A stretch of 63,992 bases of DNA, the filler included, from Octopus bimaculoides (lineage: Eukaryota), in the NCBI RefSeq assembly GCF_001194135.2. It is 7 parts of 7 records of this genome, joined end to end, with 100 filler letters (N's around TTAATTAATTAA, not from the genome) between each part and the next. Parts side by side here need not be neighbours in the genome. Positions count along the whole stretch, not along the records: positions 1 to 30,424 come from NC_068997.1; 6 more parts are not named here. One strand, 5' to 3'. The position numbers were made by a program, and so were the translations under genes. The notes beneath the pieces were generated by a model. The model did no database searches. It was given only the letters and a program-made list of their open reading frames with translations, and was not told where the DNA came from. Below are positions 13,201 to 26,786 of the stretch, piece after piece (within the stretch, counting starts at the first letter, position 1; each line of letters starts with the position of its first letter).

Positions 13201-13680
13201 GCCTTTGCACAGCTTTTAACGCTGGAGATGTACTGCGGTGTCAGCTGTTCACTACCAGTGAACTAAGGTAACGCCTCTTATTTTGCGAGCACCTTCCGGA
13301 GTATTCGAGCGGTTTCAAGCATTGCTGTTTTCTACAAGTGCTCCACCCTTATTGCAGCCCCTATTTGTTCCACGTACTTCTCAAGATTTTTGCTTACTGT
13401 TCCCAGGGCTCTGACAATTATTGGTACTACTACCACTTTTTTCATCGACCACAACTGCTTAACCTCCCAAGCTAACCTGTCACATCTATCGACTTTTCTT
13501 TCTTCCTTATCGCATACCTTGCAGTCAGCCGGGCATGCTTCATCTATGATCCAGCACATTTTGATTTCTTTCCCAATTAAGACTATGTCCGGCTTCCTAT
13601 TCTCTATCTCATGGTCGCACCGAATCATAAAATCCCATCGGATCTTTGAATTATCGTATTATCAGTTTCGATGGTTTGAT
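13201..13680 (-). mobile_element. R4/Dong LINE family 1, 3' fragment with restriction-like endonuclease domain
   Basis: WDFMIRCDHEIENRKPDIVLI...IIDEACPAD...KEERKV...VPIIVRALGTV...TARILRKVLAK*, then a 3' UTR and (AAT)n tail. Confidence 0.9.
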
Positions 13681-13893
13681 AATGTTTCAGCATGTCTCTT
13701 GATTTTTAAGAATCACATTATTTGATATTTATAAAAATTGTGGATCAAACTTGTTTATGATCTATTAACCGAAAAAGATGTTTGTTTATACATGATAATA
13801 ATATCTAAGCTTTATACCACGGGTTCTTAACATGACACTTGTAAAAAAAAAAATGCAATTACAAAATAAAAGCAAATGTTAACGCTACAATTC

Positions 13894-14361
13894 AGAATGA
13901 GTGGTTTTGTGGGATATGAAGCGGGATCAATAAGTATAGAAATTGGTAAGCAGTGATAAGAAAGTAGAATGAGTGGTTTTGTGGGATATGAAGCGGGATC
14001 AATAAGTATAGAAATTGGTAAGCAGTGATAAGAAAGTAGAATGAGTGGTTTTGTGGGATATGAAGCGGGATCAATAAGNNNNNNNNNNNNNNNNNNNNNN
14101 NNNNNNNNNNNNNNNNNNNNNNNNNNNNNNNNNNNNNNNNNNNNNNNNNNNNNNNNNNNNNNNNNNNNNNNNNNNNNNNNNNNNNNNNNNNNNNNNNNNN
14201 NNNNNNNNNNNCAGAATGAGTGGTTTTGTGGGATATGAAGCGGGATCAATAAGTATAGAAATTGGTAAGCAGTGATAAGAAAGTAGAATGAGTGGTTTTG
14301 TGGGATATGAAGCGGGATCAATAAGTATAGAAATTGGTAAGCAGTGATAAGAAAGTAGAAT
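13894..14361. repeat. 72-bp tandem repeat (identical units) interrupted by an N gap
   Basis: Units start at 13894, 13966, 14038, 14213 and 14285 (agaatgagtggttttgtgggatatgaagcgggatc...). Confidence 0.95.
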
Positions 14362-14556
14362 AAAAAAAAGCTAAAGGTATAGGGCGATACTTTTGCCTCT
14401 TTTCATAAACTTCTCATTATTTGACCATACTCTCATTAAGAGAATAACAAATATAATTAGAAAAATTACTGCTTTTTCTCAAGGGCTCGCGTCCCCCTTG
14501 GATATTACTGATGCCCCACCCCCTAAGGTGCGCACTCCCCCGGTTAAGAATCACTG

Positions 14557-15170
14557 CTCTAATGTAATCAGATGGAGGTCGGGACAAGGCACGACGGTCA
14601 AGTGGTAGTAGATGACGGATGCGCTTTACACGTCAGCCACCTCTGCCCGATCTTCCAGAGAAAACTTCCGATTGACCCATTTCAGGGTAAGTGTAGTTAC
14701 CTTGCTCGTTACCTTGTCCAAGTGTTTGTCTATCTAGAGGTCTGGACTAAACCAGATTCCGAGTAATTTAACCGATCCATCAGTCCAGTGCCCAACGACG
14801 CAGTTGGATGGTATGGCCTTGCTTCTCCTGGTACCGCCTCGTAGTCCCTGAGGTGCGGATCATTTCAATCTGTTTATTTTCCAACGCCAATACGGTTATG
14901 TCGTCGGCATATGCCGAAACTGATCTTCCACAACCTAAGTCACGTAGGATGCCCCACAACGTCTCCAGCTTGTGTGGTATTGACTCGAGAGTCAGCGCAG
15001 ACAACAAGGGCGAAAGGGGACAACCTTGGGAGACCAAGCACATGATGTTGAACGGTTCTGAGAGATGACAGTTCACTTTGAACACTGAACAGGTGTTGCT
15101 GTCGATTGTAGTGATCCAGCCCTTGAATACGAGTCCTAAACGGGCTGCCTTGAGGACCGCCGCTAAGTGT
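14557..15170 (-). mobile_element. Tx1/L1-like LINE reverse transcriptase fragment, decayed
   Basis: FKVNCHLSEPF...SQGCPLSPLL...SAYADDIT, then WTDGSVKLLGIWF...RAEVAD...YHLTVVPCP in shifted frames. Confidence 0.85.
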
Positions 15171-15614
15171 TCTCTAAGAGTTAGTTTTAAATCTATGCAT
15201 TTACGCTATCGCCTGCAAATAACAAGCAAGTTTTCTTTTACCTCACTGTGAGGTACCCAGCCATTCAAGGCACCCTACTTGTTAATATGCCTAGATACTA
15301 ATGAATCATGTAACTAACCACACACACATACGTATATATATATATCTATCTGTGTGGGCGTGTGCATGCATGTATGCCTATGATTAGTGTATGCAGTGTG
15401 AAACAGATGAGGCGGCAGTGATTGTTTGTCTAATTACAAATCTGCATCGTTGCAACCATAGTCGTTATTAACCAATCTTTATCGATCGTTCCCCGTTGGT
15501 GCAATAAAGGGATACGACTTTCGCGTTGCACAGCGAAGGTTTCTATGTTTATAAACAAATGCAAATACACATACTCCCCATGCACACACGCATGTACGAA
15601 TGCATGTATGTATG

Positions 15615-15680
<66 letters not shown>

Positions 15681-15824
15681 NNNNNNNNNNNNNNNNNNNN
15701 NNNNNNNNNNNNNNNNNNNNNNNNNNNNNNNNNNNNNNNNNNNNNNNNNNNNNNNNNNNNNNNNNNNNNNNNNNNNNNNNNNNNNNNNNNNNNNNNNNNN
15801 NNNNNNNNNNNNNNNNNNNNNNNN

Positions 15825-15855
<31 letters not shown>

Positions 15856-16916
15856 TTATTTATATCGGTTGTTATACGTTCATATACTTAAGTCATTTGA
15901 AAATTTCCTGTGTGCCTGTGGGAATATATACACGTGTGTTTATGGTATATCTTTGTATGTGCGTTTGTGACTACGTTCGCCTGCCTATATATAGAGTTTT
16001 AGTAGTTATGTTCATTAAGAAAGCGTTATAAAAGTCGGTTTTGCAACTCATTAGAAAGGTTTCGTTTGTTAATCAGGTACCCGAGCTTCTAATTACACCA
16101 ACCAGTATATTTGTTACGAATAATTAACAACCGCATTGTACAATAGCCTGGAGAATTTAATTAACAAAAGATCCATCTAGCATAATAGAAAAGAAATAAT
16201 TGATGTTTGCAAAGAATTAAAGTTATTTTATACCTTGAAATTAAGCAAAATCCTCACGTGTATTGGCAAAAGCAAATTCTTAAGAGGAGAAAGATTTGAA
16301 AGAAAATCTTGTTTTGTATTATAGAGAGATGAAGTGAGAGGGAGGGAGAGAAACAGGGGGAGAGAGTCAAAGAAAGATGGGGAGAGGGAGATAGAAGGGG
16401 AGAGAGACTGAGAAATCATAGAACTCGACAAAATGAGTTCTTGCGAAAAGCTTAGAGATGTCAGTTACTCGAGTTTATATCGAAACAGATAAGTTATCTG
16501 TCTTTCCTAATATAGAAGATTCAACAGGTCCCTTTACAGGGGACTTTGTAGAAGGATCTGATTAATCATGCTGCAGAAAGTAGTAAATAATTTAACGTCT
16601 TGCCACTCTGGGAGTGAGGAAAAGGAAAAAAAAAAGTGGTGTTATCGCAGTCGTGGGTCAGCAAATGGAAGTCTGTCTACTAGATTGTATTTCCGGGTGA
16701 GATATGCAGAGCTTCGTATGTTCTCTCCTAGTTGTGGGTAACTCAAAATAGGATTAAAGTCTGAATGTGTTATGTCTGCAAGTCGATTTCGGTTTCCACA
16801 GCAAAGCACCTCAGTTGTGTCAATTCAGTGCTATTGAGATAGGTTTTGAGAAGGAACATAGATAGGGATCAACAATATCATTCTGAGACTCCTATTTCAT
16901 AAGCTGGAAAATAAAT

Positions 16917-17073
16917 AGTCGTGACAGTGTGGTAAAAAGCTTGCTTCTCAAACACATGATTTCGGGTACATTCCCACTGCATGGGACCTTGGGTAAGTGT
17001 CATCTACTATAGCTTTGGGTCGACCAAAGACCTTAAGTGGATTTGGTAGACGGAAACTGAAAGAAGTCCATCG

Positions 17074-17110
<37 letters not shown>

Positions 17111-17830
17111 ATATATNNNNNNNNNNNNNNNNNNNNNNNNNNNNNNNNNNNNNNNNNNNNNNNNNNNNNNNNNNNNNNNNNNNNNNNNNNNNNNNNNNNN
17201 NNNNNNNNNNNNNNNNNNNNNNNNNNNNNNNNNNNNNNNNNNNNNNNNNNNNNNNNNNNNNNNNNNNNNNNNNNNNNNNNNNNNNNNNNNNNNNNNNNNN
17301 NNNNNNNNNNNNNNNNNNNNNNNNNNNNNNNNNNNNNNNNNNNNNNNNNNNNNNNNNNTTAAAAGTATTTATTAACTTAATCAGTTTTACTTATTTAACA
17401 AGATTTTCAAAAGTAAAGTGTGTTGCTTTGTGTATCCTGTGTGGTGTCAAAAATTAGTTTACATTAATGTATATACATTATTTTTGAAAATCTTAAATAA
17501 ATGAAACCGGTTAAGTTATTAAATACTTTTAAAATACTCCTGCATTTTCAGATTCTTTTCCTTATATTTTTACTCGTGCGGTAACCCCCAACTTTACGTT
17601 ATTTTATGTATATATGTATGCATGTATATGTGTGCGTGTGTGTGTTTCTTTGTGTTTGTGTTTGTCCCACCCATCACTGCTTGACAACCGGCGCTGATGT
17701 GTTTACGTTCGGCAACAAAAACTGGTAGGATTAGTCCTGGGGGTCGATTGTTCGACTCCAACCCTTCAAGGCGATGTTTCCGCATGGCCACAGTCAAACG
17801 ACTGAAACAAGTAAAAGAATAAAAAGAATA
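16917..17830 (+). mobile_element. CORE-like SINE family A; 5' and 3' halves flank an internal CA/TA tract and N gap
   Basis: 5' half gtggtaaaaagcttgc...ccttgggtaagtgtcatctactatagc; 3' half gacaaccggcgctgatgtgtttacg...gactgaaacaagtaaaagaa. Confidence 0.75.
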
Positions 17831-17849
17831 GCTAAATAAAATAAATTAT

Positions 17850-18062
17850 TGGTATCAAATTTTGGCACAAAGCCAGCAATTTTAGGGGAGGCATTAGGTC
17901 AATTACAGTGATCCCAGTCCTCAACTGGTACTTATTATATCGATCCGAAAGATGAAGCGCAAAGTCCACTGCTGTGGAATTTGAACTCAGAAGGTAAAGA
18001 CTAACGAAACACCGTTAAGCATTTGGCTCGACGCGCTGACGATTCTGCCAGCTCACCGCCCT
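17850..18062 (-). mobile_element. SINE family B
   Basis: ggcacaaagcc...ctggtacttat...gaatttgaactcag...gattctgccagctcaccgcc. Confidence 0.85.
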
Positions 18063-18164
18063 AAAGAAATAAAAAAAATGATATTTGGCGCAAAAATCGT
18101 TTACTGGACGAAGACAGAATTAGCAAGTTATGAAGAGAGGAAGCTATGCAGAGAGACATAACAA

Positions 18165-18234
<70 letters not shown>

Positions 18235-18244
18235 CACACACGAA

Positions 18245-19078
18245 TATATTGACGTCTAAATTATGCAAAAATGGAAATAACACTGACATTTCATTTTAAA
18301 AGATATTTTTATCAAGATTATATAAAAAATATCTTGAAATACTACAATTAATTCAATAAAATCGCCATTGGCTTCAACCATGGCTTCCAGATGACTTCAG
18401 AATCTCCTCCAGCTCTTCTGGACGGTTTCCTTGTTTAAGTTGGCGAATTTTGCCATAATCCTTGCCTTCAGTTCATCTTTGGTGTTACAAGAAGTATTTA
18501 TGGTCTCTCGCTCAATTGCACCCCACACATAATAATGAAGGCGGTAGCAGTCAGGGAAGTTAGGTGGGGCCGGATGTTAGGGGTGATGTGGTTGCAGAAA
18601 GTATCTGATAGTCATGACTGGGTTCTCCTGTTTGTGTGGCATGATGCAGAGTCCTGTTGCAATACATAGGTTCTTCCATAGGGACATGATGTTGGTCTCC
18701 GTGTTGAGTCTGAGGCCGTGTGGAAAGAGGAATGGAGGCATAACGTCGCCATCACTAGTGATCCGTCCGAACACCATTATGTTGACTGGATGCTTGATTT
18801 TTATCATTCTCGGTACATGTTTTGAGGACACGGCAAGCCAACGGCTGTTCCGTGTGTTCACAATCTGTTCGTATTGGAGCTTTCTGCTTGAATGCCAAGC
18901 AGTACAGCATGTCGTTTCTAAATTACTGGCAGAGTGAATTGCGTCATAGTGTTGTTTTTCTCACAGACGGTCCCCAACCGACCCTACTATACTGTTTAGT
19001 CAACAAAACTATAAACAAACAAGGCGCATGCGTGATATTGAACATATAAAATGGCAACAAATTACTCATCGCACTATA
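18245..19078 (-). mobile_element. Internally deleted DD37D (maT-like) element, copy 2, with 5' non-coding end
   Basis: Minus strand MTQFTLP start joined to NSRWLAVSSKHVPRMIKIKHPVNIMVFG...QDSASCHT...PDCYRLHYYVWG. The 3' end is shared with copy 1. Confidence 0.9.
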
Positions 19079-19113
19079 TATATATTGTAGGAAAGTGTGC
19101 GTGTGTGTGTGTA

Positions 19114-19155
<42 letters not shown>

Positions 19156-19188
19156 TGAGGAGATAAATATACAGCATATATACACTAC

Positions 19189-19245
<57 letters not shown>

Positions 19246-19738
19246 GGGTGTGTAGGCACATATATGCAAGAGACTAAATATGACCAAATGCAGAACATAT
19301 GTAAAGTGATATACAAATTAATGTAGTATATATCAACATATGTAGTGAGCTGTGTTAACATATGGAGTGTGACACTACCAATGCATATAGCGGAATATAT
19401 CAACATATGTATCGATATTTACCAACATACGTAAAGAAATATATAAAATCAGTAATAGGAGTATATATCGATTATATGTTCCAACTGAATTGGTTATGTT
19501 TATCACCTGTGGTGAGTTTTTGGAGAAAACATAACATAAAATAGAAATCTTCATATATTGTATGTAGTAGAAATTTAGTGGAGATATTATAATTAGTGCT
19601 GCTCGAGTTCAAACGACAAATATAAATGATAGGCCCGATAATATGTAACATAGATGAGCAGTAAAGATATATATATAATGTACAGATTTTTGTTAAAATT
19701 CACATTAGTGGCTTTTGAGTTGTATACAGGATATACAG

Positions 19739-19918
19739 AAGAGTAGAGCTGTTTGACATGCACACAGAGGTACAGCTGTTTCGTGGGTATATAGAAGTAC
19801 ATTGTTTCGTTGGCATACAGGAGTACAGCTGTTTCGTGGGTGTATAGGGGTACACCTGTTTAGTAAGTACATTGGAATAGAGCCATTTAGTGGGGATGCA
19901 GGAGTACTGCTGTTTCCA
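19739..19918. repeat. Diverged ~27-bp minisatellite (about 7 units)
   Basis: Consensus approximately ggagtacagctgtttcgtgggtatata, recurring at ~27-bp spacing. Confidence 0.8.
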
Positions 19919-22085
19919 AATTGGAATATTCATAGTTTTAGAGAACAATAAAATCATAAAGCTGAAAGACAGAATACTAAATGAGTTGACAGTGGGAAGC
20001 TTGAAACCAATATGTACAGAAGATGTGTTAGTGATCGGTGGAAGGCGGTTGTGAAAAGAATATTGGGATTTATAGTGGAAAGGTAGATGTTTGTGGGCTG
20101 CGTCTCAGTGGCAAAGGAGGGAGTGTCAGTTATTTTGCAAAAAATAAAATAAAAAAAGCACATTTCAGTATATTAACAGAATACTTTTGACTTGTTAAAC
20201 GAATTCCCGAAGGAATTTCTGGGATCATAATAAACGCCTTAGCTTACGAAGTTCCTGATGTCACCACCACTCTGGAAATTTGTGGAAATTTGGAATAAAT
20301 ATTAACGGCTTGGGACAAAATGTTTGAGCTTCTCTATCCCCTGGGAATGTACAATTTAATGAAGATATTACCCCAATCTGGGTTACCTAATTATTGTCAA
20401 CATTTTTCGTGACGGTTTTTAATAATAATATCCTATTATACATAGTTCAGAATCGATTTTTTTTGGTTAAACATTTAATTCTTTGAGTTTGCTTCCACTG
20501 CAAGGTAGCGTAAAACATATTTTTCAGCTATTCTCGAGTTGACCAAAACCTTGTGAGTGAGCTCTGGTAAACAGAAATCGTGTGGAATCCTGTCAGAATA
20601 ACTATTGCTGTTATTGGGAAGTGCACATTATCGGTTACCATGTTTAACAGTTCGAGCTGGTCCTTATGTGTCTTTAGTGAGGTGGACCTTTCTAACCATT
20701 CTAGGCAAGTCTATGGCCTGAGGATAACAACCTCCCGTCTTCTTTACAATCCCTGAATCTGTGAAAGGAGTGATGGATATTGTCCTTCAGATTTTAACTA
20801 ATTCATTTGAAAATAATACAAAACCATTTCTTATTACTGAACTACCAAGTGTATCAACCTGTTTTATGTCTTTTAAACTTTGCCATTTTCTAAATCTGAG
20901 CTTTCTTGTTATTGTTTCTAAATCACGGCCTCCAGTCATTCTTGCTCGAACTATGTAAACTACTATATTTTTTTATTTGTATATGGTGGTGGAGATAATG
21001 TTTTAAATGTACTCGATGTTACAACCTAATTAAGTTAAATACTAACTAGTATTTCGTTTATCGACTCAGGAGAAATAAAATCAAAAGTCGACCTCGGTTG
21101 GTTTCGAAATGTACTTATAAAGACAAAATCAATCACATTTAGTAATGGACTATGGCGTTACTATATCGTCTCGAAATGAAATATTTTCTTATTAATGCAA
21201 GGTTAATGTGTGTGTATGGGAGTCGGTGAGCCAGTGAGGGTGGTTGTTGTGTTTCGCTACATGTGTGTGCAAAGCTCTACATGGACGAAAGTACGTGTGA
21301 GTGTGGTGACTGTCTACCAGTAAGAGTGTGAGTGTTATGTGTTACTGTAAGTGTGCATGTTATGTGTTTCTGTGTAGGAGTGTGGTACAAGTGTGGATGA
21401 ACGTATGTGTATGTCTGTGTGTGTGTGTGTGTGCATGTGAGTTTATAGTGTCTATGTCAGGAGTGTGGATGGAGGTGGTTTATGTATGCGTACGTGAATA
21501 TGTGTAAATATATGGATGTAACTGTGTATGTGCTTGGATAAGTATATGTATTGATGCATGTGTGTGTGTGTGTGTAGACGCTTGTGTACATATATAGCAA
21601 TGTGCAANNNNNNNNNNNNNNNNNNNNNNNNNNNNNNNNNNNNNNNNNNNNNNNNNNNNNNNNNNNNNNNNNNNNNNNNNNNNNNNNNNNNNNNNNNNNN
21701 NNNNNNNNNNNNNNNNNNNNNNNNNNNNNNNNNNNNNNNNNNNNNNNNNNNNNNNNNNNNNNNNNNNNNNNNNNNNNATGTTCTATACCTATGAGAACGC
21801 ACGTGTGTATATATATAATTAAGAGTGTGTATAATTGTTCTCTTTCGTATCTGACAGCTGATGGTTCCATAGTAACAGCTAAATGAACGGAGATGTTCTG
21901 TTGGTGGTGCTGGTGGTGTGGGTGGTAGTGGAGTAGATAGTCACTGTTGCTGTGTTAGTCGTTAACAGGACGGAGTACAAAGTACTGGAGGGTGGGTGTT
22001 GTCTTAGAATCATTTCATACATATGTATACGTGTATGTATGTATGTATGTATGTATGTGTATGTGTATGTGTGTGTGTGTGTGTA

Positions 22086-22122
<37 letters not shown>

Positions 22123-22266
22123 ACTGTAAATAGCTGCATATACGAATACCTGTCTATCCATCTGATTGTCTTGTCTAGTTGTTCATGCATATTTTTCCAT
22201 CTATATATGTAAACATATCTCAATAGAATTATGTACATACACTCAACCACACATACACACACAAGG

Positions 22267-22301
<35 letters not shown>

Positions 22302-22418
22302 CACACACACAATCACCCACACATACATACAGACACACATGCAATCACACGTAACCTCAATTATACATAACGTAATGTGTATGTGTGTGCACATACATTA
22401 TATAAATATATATATATT

Positions 22419-22520
<102 letters not shown>

Positions 22521-22818
22521 CTTGTGTGTGTATTTGTGTGTGAATATATCTTCGGTGAATGTTCGTGAGACGGTGATTCGTGTGTCGTAGGTGGGGGTAC
22601 TCCGTCACGAAATTTTCTTTTTAGCATTTCATGCACAATCTCTACTACCGACTCTGTATCCCCACCACCACCTCTCAACACGACCACAGACACTATTACT
22701 ACCACCACTTCTACCACACAACCATGACCACCACAAATTCTAATATTAACACCACCTCCAGTACCAGCTAGTCCATACACTGCTTCATCTCTAAACCATC
22801 ACCACCACCACCACCACC

Positions 22819-22907
<89 letters not shown>

Positions 22908-24663
22908 ATTCACAGACAGTTTTAATTAAGAAATATATTTGTAATAGATTTACAGTTTCAAGGTGTGTCGTTCGTTGATTACGCATTTCCCCCACTTGAT
23001 TTACATAATAACTGAACATAAAATCGTATGACGTCACCTGTTCAATAGATCACACTATAATTAATGAAGCTCATTTAAATTGAATCTAAGTTAATGAGAG
23101 AACGTGATCAGCTAACAGACGCAATATTTCTAGATTTGTCTCATTGGTCATGCTAGAACTTCAACATCTCACGTGAGAAAGGCCTAAAGTTTTATTACAG
23201 GTATCACCATACAAGAGGGAACGTAGTTTGTTGTGTGTGTAACCATGCTTCCATTAGGACTCCTTTCGGCTATTGTTTTATTGCTGCCAATACTATGATC
23301 CTCGCTATTCAAAGACACATTTAACAGACAAGGTTTTTATGTTTAATTTAAGTGTTTTACTTTGGTGAAGGTATATATTAAGGTTGTGGTTGAGAGACTC
23401 GATTCCAGTAAACGGTAATAACTCTTCATACAGCAAGCCTGGAATTTAGGAGGCGGGGGTTTGTCGATTACATCGACCACAGTGCTCAACTGGTACTAAT
23501 TATAAAATCCCCGAAAGGATGAATAACAAAGTCGACCTCGGAGGCATTTGAAATCAGGACATAAAGCTTTGGATGATATGGAGCTAGGCAATCTTTCATC
23601 AGTTCGCCGTCTAAATGGTAATAATAAAATCAATATTGAACCTTAACACTGGCACAAGGGCACACATTTTGAATTGCTCCCTCTAAGTGGCATTAGAGCA
23701 GACATTTTGGGGGTGATTTAGTCGTTGTACAAAACGTAGCTGTATTTTCTTTTTAACGAGTTTAAAATACAGTGAATATGAAAATTTGAACGTTGTACAT
23801 AAAGGGATGTATTACGTAAAAAAATCAATCAATAAAAATTCAGTGAAGGCAAATTTGATCAATAGAAATGCCATGAAGACAAGGATTATGTTTTTTTTAC
23901 GTCGGTGATAAAAATTTGCTACGTAGTGTAATGGATTGAATAAAACCGTTAAATGGTATTTTATCAAACTCGGGATGTTGTAGTGTAATGGATTGGAACT
24001 TGAATTGAAAAAGGACTGCACCGAGGATTGTAGAGCATTTAACAAATGCTAAACCGTTTCGTCTGCTCCAGTAGTTTTCTTAACCATTTACTATTATCAC
24101 CTTTCTGAAGGTTGGTGTTGAGGTAGAATTGGTAAATTTCAACTTAGCTTTCGCACCCAATACACGTCACCTAATTTTTCAAATTCTTTATGTCTGTAAT
24201 AAATTTTCGAATTATTTTTGTTCGTTCGGCTAGTAATGTTCTCTTGTCTCCTTAGAAAATAGCATTATATAAGACTTTACTTATCTATTCACAGATATAA
24301 ATAATTCAAAGGAATTTTCGCAGATTTCTATTTAAGTGCTAATATCGAATTATCATGTGAAATATCATAGCAATATAATAGATTTTGGTTGGCTAAACAC
24401 AAAGATTTTATTTCAGAAGACAGGGAGAAGTGATATTGTGATAGGGCCGCAAGTATGACTATGTGGTTAAAAAGTATACATTGTAAGTACGTACTTCAAG
24501 TTTCGATTACACGGTGCGACACTTTGTGCAGTTACCTTGGCAATATATTCTGGTTGACCTCAAATGGTGTTGGCGGAGTTTGGTAGATGGAAACTATGTT
24601 GACCATCTGAGATTGTTGCTAGAACTTCAGCAACAAAATAAACAACACACACATACACACGCA

Positions 24664-24723
<60 letters not shown>

Positions 24724-25134
24724 TATATATGGAGAGAAGAAGTGTATTCTCACGCAGGAAAGAATATAGGAGAATCTATTTGGGATCCCAAAACGTGTAG
24801 TCATTTTAAAATTTTGTTTTATAATCATTAAAATACCAAACCAGTTTCGACAATTTTTGTATATTAATGATAAAAATGCAGAAAAAAAAAATAATGGTTT
24901 AGGAAAATTTAAAGTTACAAGGGAAAATTTACAAGTTTGTGTGTATCTGTATATCCTCAAAAACGAGAATGCGGGAAAACCCGAGAATACCGAAAAAGCA
25001 GAGCTTTGCGAACGTAGTTGATACCTTCTGCACTAAGTTGCACCCAATTCATGCACTCACATTGTTGCACTAAATAAAATGTTGTAAAGAATTTATCGAT
25101 TTGTTGATAATCTTCAGTCATGACGCTTCTAGGC

Positions 25135-25510
25135 CCAAGCATTACTGTGTAGCTTCCTAACCAAATGGTTTCGGGTACAGATCCATTGCGTTGCACTTTG
25201 GCCAAGTGTCTTCTACTATAGTCTCGGGCATACCAAAGCCATGTGAGTGTATTTGTCAGACGAAAACTCTTAGAGATGTACTCTACCTGTGTGTGTTTCT
25301 GTATGTCTTTGTATTTATCTTCCGCCATTACTTGACTACAGGTGTTTGTTTGTTTATATTACTGTAATTTTGCGGTTCAGAAAAAAGTGGCACATAGAAT
25401 AGATACCGGGACAACACAGATAAGTACTGTGGATGATGCATTCGACTAAGTACTTCAAAGCGGTGCTGCAGTATGGTCACTACCCAGTAACTGAAACCAG
25501 TAACAGATAA
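25135..25510 (+). mobile_element. SINE family A, degraded
   Basis: cactttggccaagtgtcttctactatagtctcggg...gcggtgctgcagtatggtcac...actgaaacc. Confidence 0.7.
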
Positions 25511-26094
25511 ATTATAATATTCACCAATTATGGTGGGAAATAACTAAAGGCGACATAACGAAGGGTAATTGGTAAGAGAATGGCTTCGATGATTTGCAGA
25601 CTTATATATTCTTTTCTACTCTAGGCACAAGGCCCGAAATTTTTGAGGAGGGGGGGCACACAGACACACAGACACAGGCACACACACACACCCACACACA
25701 CACACACACAATATACGATGGGATTCTCTCAGTTTTCATCAACCAAATCCACTCAAGAGTTTGGTCGACCCGAGGCTATAGCAGAAAACACATGCCAAAG
25801 ATGCCCCGCAGAAGGTCTGAACTCGAAATCGTTTGGTTGGGAAGCAAGCTTCTCAATCGCATAGCCACGTTTACGTCTATACATAGAATTCCAAAAAAAG
25901 TCTTTTGAAAATATGACCCAGCAAAAAATATTTACTTTATTCAATGAGGTTGTTAAAAATCCATAGAAATTTAAGTGACAGAGTTTGTAGACCATTTGGG
26001 AATTTAATTATTCATCGTGCCATTCACTACGCAACATCAGTGTCTGTCTACATTCTCCATTAACTCAAATTCTATCATCATTACTGTTACCTTT

Positions 26095-26345
26095 TATCTT
26101 TTACTTGATTCCGGTATTAGACTGCGGCCATTCTGGGGCACAGCCTTGGAGAATCTTTTCTTCGAACGAATCACCCCCAGAGCTTATGCTTTTTAAAGCA
26201 TGGTACTTATTCTAACGGCCGTCTTTTTCTGAACCGTTAAGTTACGGGCACGTAAACACACCAGCACCAGTTGTCAGGCAGTGGAAATGAACACGGTACC
26301 ATATGGTTGGGAAGCCATCTTCTTACCACACAACCACTCTTGTTC
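26095..26345 (-). mobile_element. SINE family A with internal deletion
   Basis: The 3' half (gactgcggccat...aagttacggg...cagttgtca) is fused directly to the head (cagtggaaatgaacacgg...ttaccacacaaccac). Confidence 0.7.
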
Positions 26346-26414
26346 ATCTGGTCCATTTCCTACATTGGTGTCTGCCTGTACCCACCGTTAGCTTTACTAC
26401 TACTACTACTACTG

Positions 26415-26479
<65 letters not shown>

Positions 26480-26786
26480 TCCACCACCGCTACCACCCTA
26501 CCACTGCTACTATTATTGTACTATAAGTCTGTTCTATTCACTATAGTACGTCGGTGTTCGTCTATACCCATGTTGGTCTCTTTTTACTTGAACAGTTTTT
26601 GTAGTTATAACAAATGGGAAACGGTGGCTGATCAGTAATTGAAATCTCCTTCATCTCTTGGAGAGTAGGGGAAACCCTATATGGTACCTTATGAATCTCA
26701 CACTGTATAGTGTCACTGACTCTGAAAAACAGACTGGAATTTTTTCCCGTTATTTCAGTGGTACTGTGTTAACTAGCACAGAACGA

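Noticed and set aside
13894-14361. CRISPR-like array (also considered for 19739-19918 and 62151-62610)
   Set aside because: Units are contiguous tandem repeats without unique spacers, no cas genes are present, and the context is eukaryotic.
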